NCBI GenBank assembly: GCA_028688415.1
Contig: JAQTYF010000001.1
Location: 400,627-464,626, forward strand
Source of the DNA: Candidatus Moraniibacteriota bacterium
GTDB lineage: Bacteria; Patescibacteriota; Minisyncoccia; Moranbacterales; UBA1568
Reading direction: 5' to 3'
DNA: 64,000 nucleotides
Positions 9,168 to 17,296 of the stretch are shown one piece after another. Position 1 is the first letter of the stretch. Each line of letters begins with the position of its first letter. The position numbers were made by a program, and so were the translations under genes. The notes under the pieces were generated by a model. It saw nothing but the letters and a program-made list of their open reading frames with translations. It was not told the DNA's origin and searched no databases.

Positions 9168-10355
9168 ATGCGTTATCTTCTTCTCGTCATCATTTTTGTC
9201 CTTCGTGATTTCAGCAAAGCTCGCGCTATTTTTACTATGGTTGTTATCAGTCTCGCTATTGCTTCTACATCGGTACTCGCAACCAATAGCATCCTCGCTG
9301 GGTTTCAAGAGATGCTCAGTAAAGGAGTAAAGGGCTGGATAGGAGATATATTCATTATACCAACGGAAGAGAAGCCATCTATTGATCATGCTGAAGACAT
9401 CATATCAGATATCAAGACACTTCAGTATGTAGAAGCAGTGAGTGTGCGTGCGTCAGCTGATGGAACATTTAAATACAAAGACAAAATCAGTGCACCTTTT
9501 TCACTTATTGGTGTTGATACGGGAGCAGAGGCCTACACTACCGGACTCCCCTCTACCGTCATCCAAGGCCAATTCCTCGATATTACAATGGATTCAGAAA
9601 GTATCATACTGGGTCTCAATTTTGCTGATAGCTTCATAGGAGGTCCGTATGATGGATCAAGTCTTTCTGTAGGAGAAAAGCTCCAGTTCATTCGTAACGA
9701 CGGCAGTGTCAAAGAATATCGTATCAAAGGTATCATTGATGGAAAAAACTTCCTTGCTAATTTCTCTGCAATGCTCCAAAAAGATGAGGTGGAGAGAATA
9801 TCTGTCGAACGTCGCAACAGTTCTATTGTTGTCAAAGTTTCAGAGGAAGAAAAGATAGAATCAGTCAAAAAAACGATTGCCGAAAGACATCCTGATGTTA
9901 TCGTCCATAATTGGATCGAGGAATCAGGCTATGTCGAAGGCATTATGCAAACCGTATATTACATCACGTTTCTCATCTCATCTCTTCTGATTTTCTCAGT
10001 TTTCTTTATCATCGCCATCGTCATATTTATCAATATTTCTCAGAAAAAACGTCAAATCGGAATCATGAAATCAATGGGTGCTACCACTCGTTTTATTGTC
10101 TCCATTTACGTCTTGGAATCGGTCCTATACTTCGTCTTCTCCTATCTCCTTGGTATTCTCCTCTTTCTCGTTATTCATTCTTATTCTGTTTCACACTCAG
10201 TGCCACTTTTGATTGGTGACTTCCATACCGTACTTGATTGGCAGAAAAATATTCTTTATTTCTTCATTCTCCTCCTTTCGGCTTTCCTCGGCGGACTTAT
10301 CCCTTCCTTTTTTGCTTCGAAACAAAAAATTATTGATACACTCCGTAGCACCTAA
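9168..10355 (+). CDS. ABC transporter permease, FtsX/MacB-like
   Basis: N-terminal TM helix, ~230-aa extracytoplasmic domain, then three C-terminal TM helices with 'MKSMGATTRFIV'. This is the typical MacB/LolE permease topology. Confidence 0.75.
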   Translation: MRYLLLVIIFVLRDFSKARAIFTMVVISLAIASTSVLATNSILAGFQEMLSKGVKGWIGDIFIIPTEEKPSIDHAEDIISDIKTLQYVEAVSVRASADGTFKYKDKISAPFSLIGVDTGAEAYTTGLPSTVIQGQFLDITMDSESIILGLNFADSFIGGPYDGSSLSVGEKLQFIRNDGSVKEYRIKGIIDGKNFLANFSAMLQKDEVERISVERRNSSIVVKVSEEEKIESVKKTIAERHPDVIVHNWIEESGYVEGIMQTVYYITFLISSLLIFSVFFIIAIVIFINISQKKRQIGIMKSMGATTRFIVSIYVLESVLYFVFSYLLGILLFLVIHSYSVSHSVPLLIGDFHTVLDWQKNILYFFILLLSAFLGGLIPSFFASKQKIIDTLRST

Positions 10356-10359
10356 ATCT

Positions 10360-11061
10360 ATGCAAAAACCCATTATTCAATTCAAAGATGTCACCAAGAT
10401 CTATTCTGGAGCAGGCGTATCTTCGACAATGGCCTTGAATGGTATCAACCTCGAGATTTATGAGAATGAATTCGTCGCAATCACAGGAAGTTCTGGATCA
10501 GGAAAAAGTACCATCCTCAATCTCATTGGCCTCCTCGATGATCCAACCTCTGGCGAGATACTTTTCAATGGAAAAAATGTTCATCAATTAAACGAGAAGG
10601 AGAAAAATACTTTCCGTCTCCAGTCTATTGGATTTATTTTCCAATTTTTCAATCTCATCGACAACTACACAGCTCTCGAAAATATCGTCTTTCAACTCGA
10701 ACTCCAAGGAAAAAGCTACGAAAAAGCCAAAGCGGATGGTCTCGAAATACTCAAATATCTCCACCTCGAAAATCGTGCGCATCTTTACCCGAAAAATCTC
10801 TCTGGTGGCGAACAGCAACGAGTCGCTATTGGACGAGCTCTCGCCAAAGAATCCCCTTTCATTATTGCTGATGAACCAACCGCTCATCTCGACTCAAAGA
10901 ATTCACAGGATGTTATGGATATACTGCACCATATACAGACCACATTCCATCGGACACTCATCCTCGTGACTCACGAACCTTTCCAAGCAGAACAAGCTGA
11001 TCGACAAATCATTATTCGTGATGGAAAAGTAGCAGAAATAATTACAAAAAAAATCGCCTAA
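10360..11061 (+). CDS. ABC transporter ATP-binding protein (MacB/LolD-type)
   Basis: Walker A 'GSSGSGKST', Q-loop, signature 'LSGGEQQRVAIGRAL', Walker B 'IIADEPT'. Start reassigned to ATG 10360, directly after the permease stop 10353..10355. The track ORF from 10213 is an upstream extension of the same frame. Confidence 0.85.
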   Translation: MQKPIIQFKDVTKIYSGAGVSSTMALNGINLEIYENEFVAITGSSGSGKSTILNLIGLLDDPTSGEILFNGKNVHQLNEKEKNTFRLQSIGFIFQFFNLIDNYTALENIVFQLELQGKSYEKAKADGLEILKYLHLENRAHLYPKNLSGGEQQRVAIGRALAKESPFIIADEPTAHLDSKNSQDVMDILHHIQTTFHRTLILVTHEPFQAEQADRQIIIRDGKVAEIITKKIA

Positions 11062-11104
11062 TTCCTCTTGATGTTGTATACTGTAGGTATACTATTTCCT
11101 TACA

Positions 11105-12676
11105 ATGAAACTTTCTCTCATTATTTTTAGTATCCTCTTTACTTGCCTTGTTCTCATTTTAGGAACATTTTTCTTGGTTCCAGATTTTTCATTCTTTGGA
11201 TTACGAGGACAACCCACTGAAGACAAAAATATTGTCGCTATAGAACGTGGTGAGCTCACAAAAATAATTACTATCAACAATGCCAAACTCGTTGCTTTAG
11301 ATGATTTCGAACTGTCATTTCCTTTTCCTGGTCGAGTAGAATCCATTTCTGTTCAAGAAGGACTCGTCGTATCTGCTCAAAGCACTCTCCTCGAACTCGA
11401 CACGACAGAGCTCGAACTCGAACGACAAAAAGCTCTCGCTCTCGTACACCAAAGCACCACCAATCTTGCTCAAGCCAGGGCTGGAGTACGAAGTGGTGAG
11501 ATTGCTGTTTTTTCCGACAAAGTGAAAGGTGCCAAAACCTCTCTTTCTGGGAGCAAAAAAAATCTCGTCGATGCACTACAAAATGCTTACGTCACCACTG
11601 ATGACGCACTGCACAATCTCTCGGATCGGACACTGGTCGATCCTACGGGTGATGCTCCTCAAATCAATTTTATCCTCAGTGATACCGATCTCGAAAATGA
11701 AATAGAGACTGATCGCAAGTCTCTCGAAGGAGAACTCTCGGATTTCAAAAACGATGTAGATGGTCTGGATACATCAGACAATCTCACCAAAGCGCATACC
11801 TCTGCAGAAAAAAAAGTTGAAAATATCAGAAAATATCTCGATAATCTCGCATCTGGACTCAATAAAACAACTGCTTCAGGATCACTTACCGAAGAACTGC
11901 TCACCGACTGGCGATCAGCACTGACGCTCGCTCGTACCAATGTCAGTACTGCGAAAAGCAATCTCTCTGCCATGTTCAATGCCTATCAGAATGCAGGACA
12001 AAGTCTCACGCTGGTCAAAAGTGAACTTGATGTACAAGGATCAGGCAACGTCGTTTATGACATCGATATGAGTCGATTCCAGCTTGAAGAAGCAGAACGA
12101 ATGCTCGATATTGCGAACGAAAAACTCCTCCAAGCAACTCTCGTTTCTCCACAGGATAACCTCATTGTGAAGAAAATCTATCCCAATACGGGTGAACGAC
12201 TGAGTGCTCACCAACCAGCCGTCTATCTCGCTACTGGTGCGCTTCAGATACAGATTGATATTCCAGAAGAAGATATTGCTGGAGTCACTACTGGCAATAT
12301 CGTACACCTAACACTTGGCGCTTTTCCAAACCATCCTCCTATCGAAGGGGTGATCGATACTATCGAGCCCAATGAACTCTCAAAAAATGAAAGTATCTAT
12401 TATCGAGCTTTCGCTACACTCAAAAAACAAGAGCCTGAGTGGCGTACAGGTATGACAGGAGAAGTAGAGATTCGTGTTGGTGCTACCACCGCTCTCCAGG
12501 TCCCGAAAAGTGCTGTTTACAAAAAAAATGGAAAACAATACATCCAGAAAGTGTCTACCACAGGCACAGAAGAGCAGGAGGTGACTACGGGATTGTCAGG
12601 AGAAAATACCTTGGAAATCACTGGTGCCTCGATCAAACAAGGAGATACTGTGCTTCGTTATCCGAAACTTCCTTAA
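11105..12676 (+). CDS. HlyD-family periplasmic adaptor (membrane fusion protein)
   Basis: N-terminal signal anchor, lipoyl-like 'GRVESISVQEGLVV', a very long coiled-coil middle, and a C-terminal beta-barrel region. Confidence 0.7.
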   Translation: MKLSLIIFSILFTCLVLILGTFFLVPDFSFFGLRGQPTEDKNIVAIERGELTKIITINNAKLVALDDFELSFPFPGRVESISVQEGLVVSAQSTLLELDTTELELERQKALALVHQSTTNLAQARAGVRSGEIAVFSDKVKGAKTSLSGSKKNLVDALQNAYVTTDDALHNLSDRTLVDPTGDAPQINFILSDTDLENEIETDRKSLEGELSDFKNDVDGLDTSDNLTKAHTSAEKKVENIRKYLDNLASGLNKTTASGSLTEELLTDWRSALTLARTNVSTAKSNLSAMFNAYQNAGQSLTLVKSELDVQGSGNVVYDIDMSRFQLEEAERMLDIANEKLLQATLVSPQDNLIVKKIYPNTGERLSAHQPAVYLATGALQIQIDIPEEDIAGVTTGNIVHLTLGAFPNHPPIEGVIDTIEPNELSKNESIYYRAFATLKKQEPEWRTGMTGEVEIRVGATTALQVPKSAVYKKNGKQYIQKVSTTGTEEQEVTTGLSGENTLEITGASIKQGDTVLRYPKLP

Positions 12677-12684
12677 CCATCTCT

Positions 12685-13365
12685 ATGAATATCGTCTACT
12701 CCCGTGCACTCACAACGACTGACCGACAGATTGCATCACAAATCATCAAGCGACAATACGCTGAAAGCGGATATACTGTTTCCGAAGCAGACATCGATGA
12801 CAAGATGGTACATTTTCTTGATCAAAAAACTGCACAAGTATATCTCGCTCAATACGAAAATACTCCTCTTGCCACTATTTCTCTTATCGGAGATTCATCC
12901 GCTGGTCTCCCTCTCGATGAGCTCTACAAAACAGAAATAGACTCTCTTCGTGCGCAAGGTTTCCGACTCGCAGAGGTCTCACAACTCGCTGTCGATACGA
13001 AGCACGCTCTCGAATTTCTTCCAGAAAAAATCCTCAAAAGAAATCTTCTTCTCTTCCCCTTCTTCCAAATCATTCTTCAATCTGCAATACAAAAAAAAAT
13101 CGATGCTCTCTGCATCGCTATCAATCCCAAGCATGATTTCTTTTATACGACATTGGGCTTCGAAACAATCGGGGAGCTCAAATACTATACGTCATTCAAC
13201 AATGCTCCAGCATTTGCCAAAATATTGAGGCTCGATACTCTGACAAAGAAAAAAGAAGAAACAAATTTCCTCTCTCGAATGATGTCTGATATTTCCCCGA
13301 TCGATCCGCTCGTATTCACCGGTGAACAAAAACTGATTTTTCCTCTTGAAATATCTCAGAAATGA
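12685..13365 (+). CDS. GNAT-superfamily N-acyltransferase, LuxI/FeeM/OlsB-like (putative N-acyl amino acid synthase)
   Basis: 'FRLAEVSQLAVD' resembles the R..E.SR.AV box of acyl-ACP-dependent N-acyltransferases. Start set at ATG 12685 (MNIVYS), after the adaptor stop. The track ORF from 12439 is an out-of-context extension overlapping the adaptor gene. Confidence 0.4.
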   Translation: MNIVYSRALTTTDRQIASQIIKRQYAESGYTVSEADIDDKMVHFLDQKTAQVYLAQYENTPLATISLIGDSSAGLPLDELYKTEIDSLRAQGFRLAEVSQLAVDTKHALEFLPEKILKRNLLLFPFFQIILQSAIQKKIDALCIAINPKHDFFYTTLGFETIGELKYYTSFNNAPAFAKILRLDTLTKKKEETNFLSRMMSDISPIDPLVFTGEQKLIFPLEISQK

Positions 13366-13479
13366 GATATTTTTTATTTTTTAGTGGACTACATCCTATT
13401 CAGTTGGAACTCTATCATAGCAGAATTACGGAGTTGGCGGGAACTCGGGATGACTCTTGAGCAAGGTTCAGGCAATATA

Positions 13480-13947
13480 TTAGATTAAAGATAGATCGCC
13501 GCTGATGATCTGGGGATGCATTCCAAGAATCTCTTGTTTGTAGGACAGCTCAGACGATACTGGATTTAAAATGTAAATCTTTTTCTTGAGATAGAATGCA
13601 ACACCTATTTCAATCAAAGTATTACCACCGACATAGCCGTTAATACCTCTTTTTTCCTGATTGACGACTAAAATTCCATCGCACCAGTCAATTTTTTCAT
13701 AATGGTCATTAATCGCTCCTTCTTTCATATTCCAAATCTCGTGTCCTGCTGGGAATGCATCAATGCCCCCGTTCTGTTCAATGTATTGACCGAAATAAAC
13801 CTTCTTGCCACCGCCAAATTCTTTTGGCACTTCGAGAGCAAGTTCTGGAATTTTGACTTCGTGACCTTGTTTTACCAGCTCATCTCTAGCTGATTCCATT
13901 TCTTTATAAAATCCAATGCTACCGCAAATTGTTATTTTCATAATCAA
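13480..13947 (-). CDS. Nucleoside 2-deoxyribosyltransferase-like protein (NDT/Rcl fold)
   Basis: Rossmann-like 'KITICGS' start and C-terminal 'GNTLIEIGVAF', similar to the NDT catalytic Glu box 'dsGTaFEiG'. Confidence 0.5.
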   Translation of the reverse strand: MIMKITICGSIGFYKEMESARDELVKQGHEVKIPELALEVPKEFGGGKKVYFGQYIEQNGGIDAFPAGHEIWNMKEGAINDHYEKIDWCDGILVVNQEKRGINGYVGGNTLIEIGVAFYLKKKIYILNPVSSELSYKQEILGMHPQIISGDLSLI

Positions 13948-14369
13948 ATAATTTTAAGTTCTTTTAACCATTCGTACCAAACTGGCTCAATCCCAGGCGA
14001 TTTTTCCCAATCATCTTGGCTGATATCTCCACGAACGTATTTTTCAGTTTTACTCGCGAGTAATAATAAATCATCTTTTTTATAAAAAATCGCCCGCTTT
14101 GTTTCATCTTCACTTCTTTTTATTTCGCCCGTAGCTTCAATCTGATAGATTTTCCAATAGTGCCAGCTTCCGCCTTCACGCCTACAAGAATTTTCTTTTC
14201 GTCCTTCAATTAAAAGTTTTATATTTTGCGCCTCTAATCCGACCTCCTCCTTTAACTCTCTTTTGGCTGATTCCTCAAAAGAATTATCTCCGTCCATATG
14301 ACCAGCTGGAGGCGCAAAACCAAATGGGGGTTTTTTCTTTCTATAAGCAATAAATTGCCGTCTCTCCAA
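13944..14369 (-). CDS. NUDIX hydrolase
   Basis: Nudix box 'GHMDGDNSFEESAKRELKEEVGL' (G-x5-E-x7-REUxEExGU). 4-nt overlap (ATGA) with the NDT-like gene downstream. Confidence 0.75.
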   Translation of the reverse strand: MERRQFIAYRKKKPPFGFAPPAGHMDGDNSFEESAKRELKEEVGLEAQNIKLLIEGRKENSCRREGGSWHYWKIYQIEATGEIKRSEDETKRAIFYKKDDLLLLASKTEKYVRGDISQDDWEKSPGIEPVWYEWLKELKII

Positions 14370-14424
14370 ACTAACATTCCTAAACTGGTATGATCACATT
14401 TCATAAGGAGACTTAATGATTTTG

Positions 14425-14495
14425 TGGACCTGGGCAGAATCGGACTGCCGCCTCTGCAATGCGAATGCAGCGTTGTACCACTTAACTACAGGCCC
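14425..14495 (-). tRNA. Probable tRNA-Ala (anticodon CGC) with a non-canonical T loop
   Basis: Minus-strand fold: acceptor GGGCCTG/CAGGTCC, giving the G3:U70 Ala identity pair. Anticodon stem CTGCA/TGCAG with loop TTCGCAT. T stem GGCAG/CTGCC with loop TCCGATT (C at position 55). D stem is only 3 bp. Local GC is elevated. Confidence 0.55.
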
Positions 14496-14581
14496 TTGAT
14501 ATTTCTTGGCTCAAACAGATGTAGTATAGAAAGATTCCGAAAGAAATGCAAGAAAAAATCCATAGTCTAAGCACTCCCAGA

Positions 14582-14610
14582 TTGACAAAGCGCAACTTTA
14601 AATATATGAT
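14582..14610 (+). promoter_or_regulatory. Near-consensus sigma70-type promoter for the 14702 gene
   Basis: TTGACA (14582..14587), 17-nt spacer, TATGAT (14605..14610). A hairpin gggctcacgtcgagccc follows. AGGAGG lies 7 nt before the ATG at 14702. Confidence 0.45.
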
Positions 14611-14701
14611 GCATCGTTGTAAAATTTGAAGGCTTTGTACAACAAACATCTCGTTCTTTAATAAGGGCTCACGTCGAGCCCGCTCAACCCAGGAGGCCAT
14701 C

Positions 14702-15436
14702 ATGGCAAAAATTGCTTATTTCATCGACGTGCCAAAAAAAGGAGAACGACGAGAGGAATTCCAGTGGTTTCTCACGAGAATGATGAGACAGCATCCGTTC
14801 GTGTTCTCGATATCCAAGGGCAGATCTCCCGAGACAACTCATTTTTTTGAAGAACATGGGATCGTGGTACAAGACTTCTGGACGGCTCGCGAGCGGGGAA
14901 TATTCGAATTCCCCGGAGACCAGCGCTACTTCCTGAACGACATGGTTAAAAGTTTACCTGGTAAAGGATTACTCGAAGTGCTCTACCATCAAAAGATACT
15001 CTACCACGGGAATTTCTTTGGGAAACCGTACACCGGCGATCTGATACTGTTTCGACCGATAACTCGCGAGGAGGGCGACGAGCTTTCTACCGCGCTCACC
15101 ATTGCCGGTCTCCAATCTCTTGGGTTTATAGTGCTCGAGGATGTGTGCGAAGTCACTCCCGACTCAATTACACCCCATGAAGTCATCAAGATTACTGGGC
15201 GGCCAGGACAAGCGGAGCACCAAGGAAGGAATGCGGAACAAATTACAGCAGAAGAAGAACAGATCAGAAATGAAGAGCGTATCCGGGCGGTGATGAGAAA
15301 ACAGCAAGAACATGATGCAGCATTATTCAGCATCGCCAGAACGCGTTGGAATATCAGAGAAAACGCTCGTGTCGATGAAGCCTGGAACCGAGGCATCTAC
15401 CTTTTCAAAAAGCCTTTTACTTCAAAATATCCCTAA
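14702..15436 (+). CDS. Hypothetical protein (244 aa), GC-shifted
   Basis: Intact ORF with a strong SD and promoter. Visibly higher G+C than neighbours. No recognisable motif. Confidence 0.5.
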   Translation: MAKIAYFIDVPKKGERREEFQWFLTRMMRQHPFVFSISKGRSPETTHFFEEHGIVVQDFWTARERGIFEFPGDQRYFLNDMVKSLPGKGLLEVLYHQKILYHGNFFGKPYTGDLILFRPITREEGDELSTALTIAGLQSLGFIVLEDVCEVTPDSITPHEVIKITGRPGQAEHQGRNAEQITAEEEQIRNEERIRAVMRKQQEHDAALFSIARTRWNIRENARVDEAWNRGIYLFKKPFTSKYP

Positions 15437-15492
15437 ACCGAAATTGGGGCGAATTCACCCAATCCGAAAGGGCTGTCACCCACCGACGAATG

Positions 15493-15993
15493 TCAGTGGG
15501 TGTTTTTCTTTTCTGTAGAGTCATCAAGCGCAGCCACTTCTTCAACGTGATTCTCAAGTACCGAGTCACCCTCACCAAAGAGGAATTTTGTTCGGAATTT
15601 TTTACCAGCGAGAAACACTGGTAGCCAGTGAATATCATCCGGCCACATTTCATCATAAGGAATAGCGTCGATGGTGAACCACTGCGGTCGCATTTCTTCG
15701 GTTTCGACAGGCTCTCCATCCCAACTATCAATCCGAAAAACGTGTACCTCTAGAATATCGCCTCTGCTCGTCACAAATTCAAATTCATGAATACCGACTT
15801 TTTCCATCTTGGTGATCATGATCCCACACTCTTCCCGCGTCTCACGCTTGGCAGCATCTTCGATAGATTCTCCATCATGCAATTTTCCACCAAACCCGTT
15901 CCATCGTCCCTCTCCGAATCCACGTTTCTTCATGCCAAGCAAAATCTTTTCTTCCTTCACGATGAAACAGAGTGTCATTATTTTCTTTGTCAT
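15493..15993 (-). CDS. NUDIX hydrolase, MutT-like
   Basis: Nudix box 'GGKLHDGESIEDAAKRETREECGI'. Confidence 0.75.
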   Translation of the reverse strand: MTKKIMTLCFIVKEEKILLGMKKRGFGEGRWNGFGGKLHDGESIEDAAKRETREECGIMITKMEKVGIHEFEFVTSRGDILEVHVFRIDSWDGEPVETEEMRPQWFTIDAIPYDEMWPDDIHWLPVFLAGKKFRTKFLFGEGDSVLENHVEEVAALDDSTEKKNTH

Positions 15994-15995
15994 AG

Positions 15996-16298
15996 TTATG
16001 ATTCTTCGAGGATAATCCGCTTCTCGAAACCTCCGCGCTTCTCATATTTTTCCTTCTGTAGCAGAACGATTTCTTCATCACTCCATCCATTCAGTTTCAG
16101 TAGAGATGCAATCACCTCATATATATCAGCCATTTCTTCTTTGTTCTTATCGACGAGAAATTCATTCACCTCTTCGAGCAATTTTTCATTCAGCTTCTGT
16201 CGATATTCTTCGTCTGTAGCGGTGTGATACGTTGCTTTTTCTCCTTTTCCTTCAATAATCTCAATTATTTTATCGCGTACTAGTTTATTGTATTTCAT
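15996..16298 (-). CDS. MazG-like NTP pyrophosphohydrolase (small all-alpha type)
   Basis: 'KLVRDKIIEII' start and EExxE acidic helices typical of MazG/HisE-like house-cleaning pyrophosphatases. 100 aa. Confidence 0.6.
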   Translation of the reverse strand: MKYNKLVRDKIIEIIEGKGEKATYHTATDEEYRQKLNEKLLEEVNEFLVDKNKEEMADIYEVIASLLKLNGWSDEEIVLLQKEKYEKRGGFEKRIILEES

Positions 16299-16382
16299 AG
16301 TATTTTTGCTTTATTTAAGACTTTATTTTGAGAAAATTCTAAAAGGTTTTTTGGACTCTTTTCAAAATATCGACTTCTGTGA

Positions 16383-16455
16383 TATACCCCCACACCAACT
16401 TCTAGTCGCATATACCATAAAAACTAAGTTGCAAAAAAGTTGGTGTGGGGGTATA
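16383..16455. repeat. Perfect 18-bp inverted repeat with a 37-nt spacer
   Basis: tatacccccacaccaact (16383..16400) and agttggtgtgggggtata (16438..16455). A ~50-nt polypyrimidine tract follows at about 16540..16600. Confidence 0.7.
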
Positions 16456-16673
16456 CTTTAGGTGCGAGGATGGAGGACATATTGGAAGGGACGTTTGGTA
16501 TCACGTAGATACTACAACAATAAAAACAACGTTTTTTACCCACCCCACCCAATATCCCCTCCCCTCGCTCTCCCTTCCTCTTCATACATTGATGAGGATT
16601 TTTCTTTACCTCAATATTATACATTGTAATCCCGCTCCCTACACATCGTATCACTCCTTCGAAGTATACCTTC

Positions 16674-17285
16674 TCACTTCTTACGTGCGATTATCTGAAG
16701 CCATCGGGTCTTGCCAGCCAAGTGGACATCCGAGAGTTCAATATCCAAACCCAATTTCCTGAGAACATCCTCCAATTCCTGTTTCGAAAAATAACTGAAA
16801 AATCGTTCATACTCATACCCATAATCATTTTCTATTTCTACTTCCTCCTCTGATTGACCTTCCCGTGGTTCTTTGACAGAAAGAAAGAGGATACCATTTG
16901 GTTTAATTTTGGTAATGGTATTCCTGAGAATACCCGTGATTTCCTTTTTAGGAAAATGAAGGAGTACCGCCTGCATCACAACCCCATCGAATTCTTTTTC
17001 CATTGAAGCGATATCCCTGATATCAAGAACGTGAAACTCTGCTTCAGGAACCTCTCTTTTGGCGATTTCGATAAAATTCGGAGCAAAATCGATTCCAGTC
17101 ACCCGAAATCCCCTCTCAGCAAGAAACTTTGATTTGACCCCGCCTGCGCATCCAGCATCCAGGACGACAGCTCCCACAGAAAGCAAAGCCGCGAATTTTT
17201 CCATGCCATTGATCCACCAATCATCGGTGAGGTGATCCTTGTGCCAATCTACGGCTATTGTATCGTATGTGTCTTTGAGATTCAT
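16674..17285 (-). CDS. Class I SAM-dependent methyltransferase
   Basis: Motif I 'VVLDAGCAGGVKS'. Acidic motif II 'FHVLDIRD'. 203 aa. Confidence 0.75.
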   Translation of the reverse strand: MNLKDTYDTIAVDWHKDHLTDDWWINGMEKFAALLSVGAVVLDAGCAGGVKSKFLAERGFRVTGIDFAPNFIEIAKREVPEAEFHVLDIRDIASMEKEFDGVVMQAVLLHFPKKEITGILRNTITKIKPNGILFLSVKEPREGQSEEEVEIENDYGYEYERFFSYFSKQELEDVLRKLGLDIELSDVHLAGKTRWLQIIARKK

Positions 17286-17296
17286 AAATCTCTGTA

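Noticed and set aside
10213-10359. Upstream extension of the ABC ATPase ORF as given in the ORF track.
   Set aside because: The extension overlaps the 3' end of the permease gene in another frame. An ATG at 10360 immediately follows the permease stop and precedes the conserved N-terminus MQKPIIQFKDV.
12439-12684. Upstream extension of the GNAT ORF (308 aa version) overlapping the HlyD adaptor gene.
   Set aside because: The region is the conserved C-terminal barrel of the adaptor in its own frame. ATG 12685 right after the adaptor stop gives a compact 226-aa product.
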